A model generated the notes under the pieces. The model ran no database searches. It was not told the origin of the DNA and saw only the letters and a program-made list of their open reading frames with translations. This document shows, piece by piece, positions 30,055 to 39,637 of a stretch of 64,000 nt of DNA (positions are counted from its first letter, which is position 1; every line of letters begins with the position of its first letter). Source of the stretch: Gammaproteobacteria bacterium. GTDB lineage: Bacteria; Pseudomonadota; Gammaproteobacteria; JBCCGL01. Made by a program: the position numbers and the translations under genes. Location of the stretch: the NCBI GenBank assembly GCA_965277715.1, contig OZ255836.1:128001-192000 (forward strand). The letters run 5' to 3'.

Positions 30055-32529
30055 ATGGCTGAAGAAGAGGTAAATCCAGAAGATCTCGAAATTGCAGACG
30101 AACTGATTGCGGAGCGTCGTGCCGAAGCCCCTGGCGAAACGCCGGAGGATATGACACCTTGGCAACGTCCGATAACCGCAGCGATTGACGTCATTAATTA
30201 TCGGGCGGGCCAGATTATTGCCCTGCTCATGGTGCCGCTCATTGTTGTCGTGGTGCTAGAAGTTCTTTCACGCAACTCCTTTGCGATCTTGCAAGATGCC
30301 GGGTTCGCAGATCTCGCCCGAAGCCTTGGACTTGGCCCCACGCTCTGGGTGTATGACACCAGTCGTATGATAGCCGGGGTGCTCTTCATGGCGGCTGCGG
30401 GCTATGGTCTGATGCGCGGAGTTCATATCCGTGCCGACTTCCTCTACCGAAATTGGTCGGCAAAGACACAAGCGACAGTGGATGCAACACTGTACCTTCT
30501 GTTCTTTATGCCTTCGATGATCTTCTTCACCGTTATCGCCTCAGACTTCTGGTGGCTCGCCTTTTCAAGAGGTGAAACCATGCAGGTCGACAGTGCATGG
30601 GGACCACTCTTGTGGCCCGCGCGCCTAGCGATGCCCGTCGGTGCCTTCCTCTTGATGCTGCAGGGCATCCCTGAGATTTTTCGCGCATTTCACAAGATGG
30701 GTAAGGAGCGAGAGCGTTTGTTCGTACAGGCCTTGCCTGTCTATTTAATCGCACTGATCTGGCTCGTTCTGGCGGTGTTCCAACCGGGCATGGTCCCCGG
30801 TGGCGAATTGTTTTCTGACCTCATGTCTGCCCGACCGAATATGGATAAAGCTACCATCGGATTGATCATGCTGGGAGCCATGCTCTTCGTGATCTTTATC
30901 GGTTTTCCAATTGCGTTCACGTTGATCTTCCTTGCCTTTGTCTTCGGTATTTGGGGCGCCAACTTCAAGCTGACCACGCTGTTGATGACGCTGAACACAA
31001 ACTCCACTATGTTGAACGATCAGCTCATGGCCGTGCCACTTTTTGTACTGATGGGGATTGTGATGGAAGCGGCGGGTTTGATGGATCGGCTGTTTGTGTC
31101 GATCCAGATGATCATGTCGCGCGTTCGCGGCGCGTTGTTCATCGCCGTGCTGATTGTATCCACGATTTTTGCAGCAGCCACTGGCATTGTGGGCGCTTCT
31201 GTGACCCTGCTTGGGATCATGGCTGGCGCGACCATGACCAGATCCGGCTATGACGTCAAGCTTGCGGCTGGAACCATCACTGCGGGCGGTACATTGGGGA
31301 TTCTGATACCGCCTTCAATTATGCTGATCGTCATGGGACCTGTTCTGGAAGTTTCAACCCTTGACCTCTTCCGTGGCGCCTTTATTCCCGGTGCCCTGCT
31401 GGCTACCCTTTATCTGGTCTACACGCTTGGACGCTGCTGGCTGAATCCGAACCTAGGGCCAATTTTGGCAGAAGAGGATCAACCTCAAACGTCCACATTT
31501 TATGGTGCTGAGGTAGCGCTGATCTGCCTGGGTGTTTTGACTGTTTGCCGAGTTTTTGGCCTTGGCATGGTTGGTGTTTTTGGCGGTGTGATTCCATTTG
31601 GTGGCTTGATCGTTTTGGGCATTACTTGTGCTGCCGCCTATGCTGCATACCGTCATTTGAATGTACTTAAGATCGTGCTTCCGATCACGTTGGTCTTCCA
31701 CTTCTATATGATCGTTGTGAATATGGGCGAGGACGGTGGCCTGCCGATCTGGTCGATCACCTTTGCTGTATTCACCTTGTTTCTGGCGTATCTGGGACGG
31801 CCAATTTATAGCACCTCTACAGATAATGGTTTCTATTTTTCTGATCTCTGGAATGAGTTCTTTGCAGGGCTCATGCCTCCCACGATTCTGATTTCTTTTG
31901 CTTTGGGGTCGATTCTCCTTGGCCTGGCAACACCTGCTGAAGCCGCAGCGATGGGTGCCTTTGGTGCTATCTTGTTATCTCTCGTTTACGGCAAGTTCAC
32001 CATGCCTAGTTTCTTTGATAGTCTGATCAAAGCGCTGGAGATCACGGTTTTGATTATGTTCCTGGTTGCCGCATCGAACTTCTTTGGCGCCGAATTCAGT
32101 GCCTTGGGCACGCCAAAGATGATGACTGAGTTGCTACTTGGCCTCGATATGTCGCCTTACTTGATACTGTTATTGGTCATGGCATTGATCTTCCTGCTCG
32201 GATGGCCACTGGAGTGGGTGCCTATTGTTCTGATCGTTGTGCCAATTTTGCTACCGACGGTCGAGGCGTTGGAAGTCCATGGACTGGGTCGCTACGACCT
32301 AATGGTCTGGTTTGGCATTCTGGTCGCGGTGAACCTGCAGACCGCATGGCTATCTCCACCTGTGGCTTTGTCAGCTTACTTCCTGAAGGGTGTTGTGCCG
32401 GATTGGGATCTCAAGGACATCTATCTAGGCATGATGCAGTTCATGGTGATTCAACTCGTCGGTCTCATCCTGCTGTTTTCCTTTCCACAACTGGTGCTTT
32501 GGCTACCCAAAGTAATGTCTGGTGGGTAA
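30055..32529 (+). CDS. TRAP transporter fused small+large permease (DctQ-DctM)
   Basis: N-terminal DctQ (HIRADFLY) followed by DctM motifs AVPLF, GGTLGILIPPS, TPAEAAA, LSPPV. Confidence 0.88.
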   Translation: MAEEEVNPEDLEIADELIAERRAEAPGETPEDMTPWQRPITAAIDVINYRAGQIIALLMVPLIVVVVLEVLSRNSFAILQDAGFADLARSLGLGPTLWVYDTSRMIAGVLFMAAAGYGLMRGVHIRADFLYRNWSAKTQATVDATLYLLFFMPSMIFFTVIASDFWWLAFSRGETMQVDSAWGPLLWPARLAMPVGAFLLMLQGIPEIFRAFHKMGKERERLFVQALPVYLIALIWLVLAVFQPGMVPGGELFSDLMSARPNMDKATIGLIMLGAMLFVIFIGFPIAFTLIFLAFVFGIWGANFKLTTLLMTLNTNSTMLNDQLMAVPLFVLMGIVMEAAGLMDRLFVSIQMIMSRVRGALFIAVLIVSTIFAAATGIVGASVTLLGIMAGATMTRSGYDVKLAAGTITAGGTLGILIPPSIMLIVMGPVLEVSTLDLFRGAFIPGALLATLYLVYTLGRCWLNPNLGPILAEEDQPQTSTFYGAEVALICLGVLTVCRVFGLGMVGVFGGVIPFGGLIVLGITCAAAYAAYRHLNVLKIVLPITLVFHFYMIVVNMGEDGGLPIWSITFAVFTLFLAYLGRPIYSTSTDNGFYFSDLWNEFFAGLMPPTILISFALGSILLGLATPAEAAAMGAFGAILLSLVYGKFTMPSFFDSLIKALEITVLIMFLVAASNFFGAEFSALGTPKMMTELLLGLDMSPYLILLLVMALIFLLGWPLEWVPIVLIVVPILLPTVEALEVHGLGRYDLMVWFGILVAVNLQTAWLSPPVALSAYFLKGVVPDWDLKDIYLGMMQFMVIQLVGLILLFSFPQLVLWLPKVMSGG

Positions 32530-32574
32530 ATCATAGTGCATCTCCTTCGGTTTACCTTGTCCTGGGTAAGCACC

Positions 32575-33030
32575 CGACATGATGATATATATCCTGGCAA
32601 AGGCCGGGATGTATGAAACGCGAACGCGGCTCCTCGATCGATCGGTGCTCGATATTCTCGACACCGTCACCGCATCGACGAAGCCGCTTAGCGCAACCGA
32701 TATCAACGAGGCGCTGAACCTGCCCAAGGTAACCACGCATCGGTTTTGAGCCAAGCTCGAAGCGCGGAGATACTTGCTCAAGAGAGTCGATAGTAAAAGT
32801 TATCAGGTCGGCAATCGCCTTTTTGCTGTTGCTGTTGGAGTCCTGGCCAGTTCTCGTTCGACAACCAGGAACTTTATGATGATGTTGTCGCCATCGCGGT
32901 ACTTATCAAGGACAAGCGAGGCAGATATTATAGTTCGCTCGCGATCCAGGCTCCGGCGTCGCGTCTCTCCATCAATTATAGTGAACGTTACCTGCCATTG
33001 TTGTGTGAGGCTGCTAACGAATTAGCGATG
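32575..33030 (+). pseudogene. Decayed IclR-family regulator
   Basis: SSIDRSVLDILDTV..LNLPKVTTHRF then an in-frame stop; YLLKRVDSKSYQVGNRL; effector domain mostly deleted. Confidence 0.6.
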
Positions 33031-33329
33031 CTGGCCGAAGACGAGGAACAGGGAAAAATCCAGGCAAGCCTGGCTGATCCATATGAAAAAAGCAAAGAAA
33101 GCAAGAAAGACAGGCACTATATAAAAAATATAAAAACAACTTGAAAATAAAAATAGTATCGAGAGTATCCGAGTCTGGATTTTTTACCTATCTTGGAGGG
33201 TATTCAGTGTAATTATCCAATCATTGAGTCTTGTTTTAGCAAGAAATATTTTTTTCAGGAAAATGAAAACAGCCGATTTGAATCGGTTGAGAAAATCCAG
33301 AGAGTTGAAACAGTGGAACGGCTGAATGG

Positions 33330-33656
33330 CTATCCCGTATCAGCAGCAATGATCTTATTAGCCAACGCCTTCCAATAACGCGATTCAAAGTATTGGGTGT
33401 TGTTTAGCCAGTTTTCTCTGCCAATGTTGAGCCGTTGTAATATTGGTGGTAGATCTTGAGAAATGTAGCCCCGCTTGTCTTGTCGAATAGCTTTACCCGT
33501 CCAGTCAACCAAATTCAAACTATTGGTGATGGTATTCATAATCGCGTTGAGTGAGCAGATCCAGCCCGCAGAGAAAGGTGCGCCGTACACAGCGTGATAC
33601 GATGTGGTAGTAGGGGGTGTCTGATAGTGAGGTTTGGTCTTTGCGGGGCGGGTCAT
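33330..33656 (-). pseudogene. Internally deleted REP-associated/Y1 tyrosine transposase remnant
   Basis: N-terminus MTRP, frameshifted YHIVSRCVRR, joined to C-terminal LVDWTGKAIRQDKRGYI. Confidence 0.6.
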
Positions 33657-33813
33657 GATCAGTTCCTTTAACGCTGGCTGGGTTCCATCCTAAAAGAGAG
33701 TAAGGCTATCTGTTAATTATTCGATGCCTGTCCTAGTAGCTATACTACCGGTAGTATACTCAAAAACCTGATATAGAGTTTAACCTCTAGCTCATTTAAA
33801 GTACTATCAGGCC

Positions 33814-34677
33814 ATGCAAACGGGCATCGAACATTTACCTGCGGAAAAACAAACTGAGTTAAAACAGCTTGCTACTATCGTTCGTCGGCATACCGACGAT
33901 GTAGAGATGATCATATTGTTTGGTTCTTATGCTCGCGGGGAATACAAAGAAGAAAAAGATTTAAAGCCAGATCGTAAATCGGGCCATGCCTCTGATTATG
34001 ATATTTTAGTAGTCACTAAAAACCGAGATACCGTTGATAACAGTGAATTATGGAAAACCATTAATGATGATTGCTATGCCCAACAGTTTAGTGCTGTGCC
34101 ACGTTTCATTGTACATGACATCCAACAATTAAATACTAAACTGGCTCAAGCACATTATTTTTATACAGAAGCAACTGAAGAGGGTTGTTTCCTTTATAAT
34201 TCTGAGCAGTTTACTTTAGCAAAAAAATGTGAGTTGTTACCAGAAGAGCGTAAGCGCTTAGCTCAAGAGCATTATGATTCTTGTTTCAATAGCGCAGTTG
34301 ATTTTTTTGAGGGTTATGAATTTTATTTAAACAAAGCCAAATTTTCCAAAGCGGCTTTTCTACTTAATCAATCCACTGAATCTGCGTACAAAACAATTTT
34401 ACTTGTCTTTACCAATTACGCTCCTCATGAGCATTATTTATCATTATTGGGTAATTACGCTGTAGATGAGCATAAGTTGTTTGCTGATATTTTTCCATTA
34501 GATACTAAAGCGCAGCGAGATAGGTTTAATTTATTGGATTATGCTTATATCGGTGCCAGATATGACCCGGCATTTAAGGTTGGAAAAGGCGATTTAGAGT
34601 TGTTAGCTGAATGTGTCAAAAAGCTCATAGAACTGGCAAAGAAAATATGTGAAGAGAAAATTCAAAGTTTTGCATAA
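33814..34677 (+). CDS. Nucleotidyltransferase (MNT)-HEPN fusion protein
   Basis: ILFGSYARG..SDYDILV, then HEPN AAFLLNQSTE..YAYIGARYD. Confidence 0.85.
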   Translation: MQTGIEHLPAEKQTELKQLATIVRRHTDDVEMIILFGSYARGEYKEEKDLKPDRKSGHASDYDILVVTKNRDTVDNSELWKTINDDCYAQQFSAVPRFIVHDIQQLNTKLAQAHYFYTEATEEGCFLYNSEQFTLAKKCELLPEERKRLAQEHYDSCFNSAVDFFEGYEFYLNKAKFSKAAFLLNQSTESAYKTILLVFTNYAPHEHYLSLLGNYAVDEHKLFADIFPLDTKAQRDRFNLLDYAYIGARYDPAFKVGKGDLELLAECVKKLIELAKKICEEKIQSFA

Positions 34678-34691
34678 TAGTTTAGCAACAA

Positions 34692-34739
34692 ATTTAACAA
34701 AGCATTCCAGCGGGTTAACCGCTGAATGCGACGTTAGCA
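34692..34739 (+). other. attC-like recombination site
   Basis: ATTTAAC ... internal hairpin GCATTC-CAGCGG/CCGCTG-AATGC ... GTTAGCA. Confidence 0.55.
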
Positions 34740-34744
34740 ACTAA

Positions 34745-34978
34745 GCTGTGATTTGAAGGGAATCGTCGCTTGGTTATACTCAAAAAAGCGTGGGTGGGAA
34801 AGTTTCGCTGCTGTGATTTGAAGGGAATCGTCGCTTGGTTATACTGGAATATGCTGAACCAAGAGAGGGTGTGGGGCTGTGATTTGAAGGGAATCGTCGC
34901 TTGGTTATACTAAGTTTAGATGATTTAAAGTCTGCTCATCAAGCTGTGATTTGAAGGGAATCGTCGCTTGGTTATACT
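34745..34978 (+). CRISPR. Type II-C CRISPR array, 4 repeats and 3 spacers
   Basis: Identical 36-bp repeat GCTGTGATTTGAAGGGAATCGTCGCTTGGTTATACT at 34745, 34810, 34876, 34943; spacers 29, 30, 31 bp; next to cas2. Confidence 0.97.
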
Positions 34979-35026
34979 ACCTGTTCTGTAAGTGGTTGAA
35001 TCGACAATAGAAAAGTATTCAATCGC

Positions 35027-35356
35027 TTAGAACATTTCGATCTGCGAGGGCGCCTTTTCCGGCGCCCCTCGGCTTTTTCCATGAAAAATTTCCATCTTGC
35101 CATACTGTACATCTGTTAAACTCATTACCCTTACTTCACCATCTGGTGGTAAGGCTTGTTTGATGCGCTTACGGTGAACCATGGCTTTTTCTTCCCCCGG
35201 GCAGTATCTGGCGTACACGGAATACTGCAGCATACTAAAACCGTTTTTCAGTAATTGTTTGCGAAAATCTGTATACGCCCGGCGGGCTTTCGGCGTATCC
35301 GTCGGGAGATCAAATAATGCGATGAGCCACACGGCCTGATAAGGCGAAATCGCCAT
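35027..35356 (-). CDS. cas2: CRISPR-associated Cas2
   Basis: WLIALFDLPT, GFSMLQYSVYAR. Confidence 0.95.
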   Translation of the reverse strand: MAISPYQAVWLIALFDLPTDTPKARRAYTDFRKQLLKNGFSMLQYSVYARYCPGEEKAMVHRKRIKQALPPDGEVRVMSLTDVQYGKMEIFHGKSRGAPEKAPSQIEMF

Positions 35357-36247
35357 CTATACCGTTGGCAGCATAAGCGTTTTCCTTTCGCCCAGCATAA
35401 CCTGCGCCAATGACTGAGCGGACTTTTGAATAGCCCCCTGTAAAGTAAGTTGCTCTTCGTTTACGGTAACTTTGTAACTTATCAGCTCCAATAGCTGGCG
35501 TCTCAATTCCTGATCCAGCTCGGCGTTAGCGTCACACGCTTGTATCAACTGCCAGACATGCAAATCCACATAAGGCCGGTAAGGTTCCATTACATCGTCT
35601 GATAGGCAATAGGCGTTGTAGCGGTTGTGATGATGTATACCCAACGACGGGTGTAGCCCCGCAGCACACAAGGAGCGACTGACCAAAGCGCGCAAGATAG
35701 CGTAGCCATAATTGAGAAAGCGGTTTTGATCCGGTGCGTCTCTATCTCTTTTAAAACCTTCGCCCTTAAACAGGCGGCTCCAATAGCGACGGGCCGCCTG
35801 AGCCTCGATATTGGCAGGGTCGCCGGAACGCACCTTTTTTACCAACACTGACAAACCAGCGTCATTTCCCGTAAGGTCTTGCAAAACGCGGCCTTGAAAG
35901 CGGATTTTGGCCTGAATCAGTTGCTTCCATAGTGCCTTTTTCACGGGTTTCTGCAGTTCCACTTGTGCGGCAAAGCGTTCGGTTTGTAAGGTATTACTGT
36001 CCAGCGGCATAAACAGGCCAATAGGGTGATGGCTCTGGTTACTGCTGATCACCATCACATTTGCCTGTACCAGCTCACTCAAACAATATTGAGTAATCAG
36101 TGTTTGCGGATGGTCGATAATCACCGCAGAGAGGTCTTCTATGGGCACGGAGCCAATCTGTTGCTTATCGCGTTCGATAATCAGTTGCTGATGGCGGTAG
36201 CTGAGATAGCAGCCTTCTGTGCCGATTTCGATAATCCGCTTACTCAT
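35357..36247 (-). CDS. cas1: Type II CRISPR-associated Cas1
   Basis: VPIEDL, NIEAQAARRYW, NRFLNYGYAILR, GIHHHNRYNAYCLSDDVMEPYR. Confidence 0.95.
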   Translation of the reverse strand: MSKRIIEIGTEGCYLSYRHQQLIIERDKQQIGSVPIEDLSAVIIDHPQTLITQYCLSELVQANVMVISSNQSHHPIGLFMPLDSNTLQTERFAAQVELQKPVKKALWKQLIQAKIRFQGRVLQDLTGNDAGLSVLVKKVRSGDPANIEAQAARRYWSRLFKGEGFKRDRDAPDQNRFLNYGYAILRALVSRSLCAAGLHPSLGIHHHNRYNAYCLSDDVMEPYRPYVDLHVWQLIQACDANAELDQELRRQLLELISYKVTVNEEQLTLQGAIQKSAQSLAQVMLGERKTLMLPTV

Positions 36248-39200
36248 GGGGGGTGGCCACTTTTCCTAGCGGGCTTATCGTTAACAGTCTTGCTCCAGAC
36301 TGCCTGAGTGTTTCAGGGGTTTTATAAATAAATTTCTGCGAATCCTGACTTGCATCCGTATGAGTACGTAATGCGATAAGACCGTTTTGATCAAATTTCT
36401 GCACCCGGCAAATTAAAGCCTGGCCTTGATGGTTTAGTGAGAATACATCTTCTTTGTGTACAGTCATAACAAAGCGCTCATCTTTGCCATGTTGGATTGT
36501 TACCACGGGCTGACCGTGCCGTTTACGAGTGGCTGCTTCCAGCATGTTCACCACTTCGCCACGCCATTTAAGCCTGCCTTTTACGTCGGTAAATTCAATA
36601 ATCTCAATATGATGATTGTTGCGCGTCCAGACGTTACGTTGATGCCTGATGCTTTCATCATTGCTGCCAATAGTGGCGATAGTGCGTTGATAAACCAACC
36701 GGACTTTTTTGATGGGGCGAGTTACACGGCCCTGTTTATCCCGAAAACCGAAAGGATTTTCGGGGTTGGCGAAAGCGTCTTTGAAGTTTTGTGACCTGGC
36801 AAAGTGCTCTAACGCCATTTGCCGGATTTTAGGGTCACGGATATGGTGCAGATCCTTTTGCTTGCTTAATTCCACCAGCGGTTTGCGTATAACAACTTCT
36901 GGCACGCCTTTGGTGTCGGTGTTGCCGGTAAGCCCGTAGAGAAACTCTTTGTGTAATGCGCCTTGCACCTTGCGATTGGTTTTGTGGGAGACCGTGATTT
37001 TCCCCACCGCTTTGGTGGCGTGTTGACGCAGGTCAGTGATAGGTTCCGGGTAGTTTTCTATGCGTAGACCGCGATATGAAAGGGTGTGATAGCGACTGAG
37101 CCGCTGCACTGCTCGCCTATCTGTCAAGGCAACCACTAACGCATCTATAGCATGGTGGCGGTGGTCCTCTCGCGTTTTTTCACCATCATTGCTAAGAATG
37201 CCATTAAGTGCCCAGGCGCGCCTTAAGAGTGCAGTGGTGCCTCCTTTAACCGGTTGTACGTTTACGCCAAGCTGCCCTAAAAAGGTAACGGTTTGCCGCG
37301 CAATATAGCGGGTTTCATTTAACTGCTGGCTGACAAAGTCCACGTCGTCAAGATTTTCCATAGTGAAGCGTTTGCGCTTTGGGTAAGGCAACTTTTTTAC
37401 ACGTGCCAATATTTCACCGTATATCACTTGGTTACCAGAATAGTGTTCATAAGGCGTATGGTTTGCTTTGCGCTCGTTTTCGCCTTTTTCACACAAGGTT
37501 TTGTTCATAAAGCTGTCATCCAGACTGCGAGAATAGGGGATGATGTGTTCGATATCAAAGCGCGGGGAATCACCGAACAGTGCGTCCATGCTAATAGTCT
37601 TACCTGTATAGGGGCACAGGTGTTCGCATTCCTCCCAGAGTTTGTATTTGATGATATCGTTTCGCGTGGGGTTAAGGCCGTATTCGCCTAGTCTTTCCTC
37701 TGCTATTTTATTTTTCTTTTCATTTTCTTTATTGCGCCGGTCATCTTCCGCACGCTGCTTGGCGTTGGCTTTAAGGTCACGCGCCATTTCTACCCGGATA
37801 ATATCGGTTGCCGTAGGTTTTGATAATGGCATTCACTACCTTACGCACCTGATATAAAGCGCGTTCCACCATGGGGTTGCGCAGATCACCGATACACATA
37901 GGGCCGTCAGTCAAGTCATCGGCGTGATTGGCAGAGTTGATTACTGTGCCGTCTTTTTTCTCTTTACGCCGGGCGGCTTTACCGGGAAAAGGCAGTGCAT
38001 CGAAACACTTTTCAGGTTCCGGTTTAGTATGCATATAACCAGCACGCTCGCAGGCTTGGTTGTAGGTGTATCCACGATTCTCTGGAGTGGAAACTTCACT
38101 CAAAAACGACAGAATATCGCGGATCGCCTTGTGTGATAAGTGCATATACCCTTTGGGTAGACGAAGGTTGAGCAGCTTATCAATAGTAGATTCTTCAAAG
38201 CGCCAGTATTTCCGCAGGCGATTTTTGAGGGGCTGTTCTTCGGCGATATTAATCAGGTCGGATACCAAGTCCTCCTTCTGTCGATTCGACAGTGACTGCC
38301 AGGTTTTTTTGGTCAGCGCGCTGGAGAGCATAGCGGCGGTTTGGTTGCCTAGCAGGCCGGATTTGCGCACCCGCTCCAGGTTCAAGTGGCTGGATTTGTC
38401 GGGAAGACTCAGGGCTTTTTTCACCTTTTCCCAGGACATTTGCTTACTGGTGCCAAGTTTGCTGTGCAGAATCAGTCGCTCTTTGTCGGTGAGAAAACGT
38501 TCTTTACCATCGGCAAAAATAACCTTTAGGTTGTTCAGGTTTTGCCACAACCTAAATTCCTGAGCAGCCAGGGTTGCCGCTGCCGCTCGTTTACGTTGAG
38601 TAAACTCACAACTGCCTATCAGATGCTTTTGTATTTTTAATGGCCGCTGGTCAAAAATTGCCGCCCTTATACGCTTACGTGATGTTGGGGTCATGGCCTT
38701 GGGGTGATGTGTCTCCTGTGCCAGCCAAATCTCATCAAACTCCTTTTCATACATGCGTCGGGCGGTATAGTTGCCACGGATACGGGTTTTATGCGGGTCG
38801 AGTGAATAGAAATACTCGCCGAGGCTACGGTAGCGACCCTCTCGCATCGCTGTATCTATTTCACCGATGCCGCTACTGACTGCGCCGTCTTCTTTGTCAT
38901 TGCCCACTTTCCGATTGGAAAGATAGCCACGCCGCTGGCCCAGATGGTATAAAGCTCTGCCCAGGTGGTAAGCGGATAACGGTTTGTCCAGCGCCTGAGC
39001 GCGTAAGGCGTAGGGATCAAGCTGAAACACTTCTGCCAACTCGACAGGTTTTTTAGGTAACAGGCGACTGTCTTGCAGAGCATGTAACAGCTTCTGCTTG
39101 CGGCGCACCCGGCGATAACCCTGCCGCCTTAGCGAACGCGCCTCACGGCGCTCCTGGTTCAGTGATTTTTCGCCATTACTGCGGTCCACCCCTTCAGGGA

Positions 39201-39309
39201 AGATACGCACGCCCATATCGACTATGGACTGCGGTGTGGGGTCAACGTCAATCAGGCACCAACCAACTGAGCTGGTACCAAGGTCGAGGCCGAGAATGGT
39301 TTTTTTCAT
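36240..39309 (-). pseudogene. cas9: Compact type II-C Cas9 (~1020 aa) split by one frameshift near 37815
   Basis: RuvC-I LGLDLGTSSVG and Arg-rich bridge helix in 37777..39309; RuvC-II IRVEMARD, HNH DIEHIIPYS..N and RuvC-III HRHHAIDA in 36240..37832; no csn2/cas4. Confidence 0.92.
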
Positions 39310-39450
39310 TCCTGTACTCCTTATGTAAGTTTATTAGGTTTAGTGTTGCAGTTTTTGTAGGAATAGAAAAATTGCTTTGTCGTTTATTAGATTTTAGTGC
39401 AGTTTTTGTTTTCGTGTGATTTTACTCAAGGTTGCCCGATTTCACAGTTA

Positions 39451-39630
39451 CTAATTTTTGTTATGAAAATAGCTGTAAATGCCCTTGAATAGTCTGGCTA
39501 TGATGTGCTTTTCAGTTTGTTTTCCCCTGGAATCGCTAATGTTTAGGCTGATGTCTGTTCCCGGTGGCGCACTCACTGCTATTCTGATGGGTTCATCATT
39601 TGCTTTAGAGGGGATTATTTCTTTGTTCAT
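39451..39630 (-). CDS. Putative 59-aa ORF upstream of cas9
   Basis: Manual translation MNKEIIPSKANDEPIRIAVSAPPGTDISLNISDSRGKQTEKHIIARLFKGIYSYFHNKN; below the ORF-track cutoff. Confidence 0.35.
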   Translation of the reverse strand: MNKEIIPSKANDEPIRIAVSAPPGTDISLNISDSRGKQTEKHIIARLFKGIYSYFHNKN

Positions 39631-39637
39631 AGAAAAA

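Noticed and set aside
36240-39309. Naturally split two-subunit Cas9
   Set aside because: The break is a small indel inside the conserved YGKPD motif and the second ORF has no convincing RBS; a frameshift is simpler.
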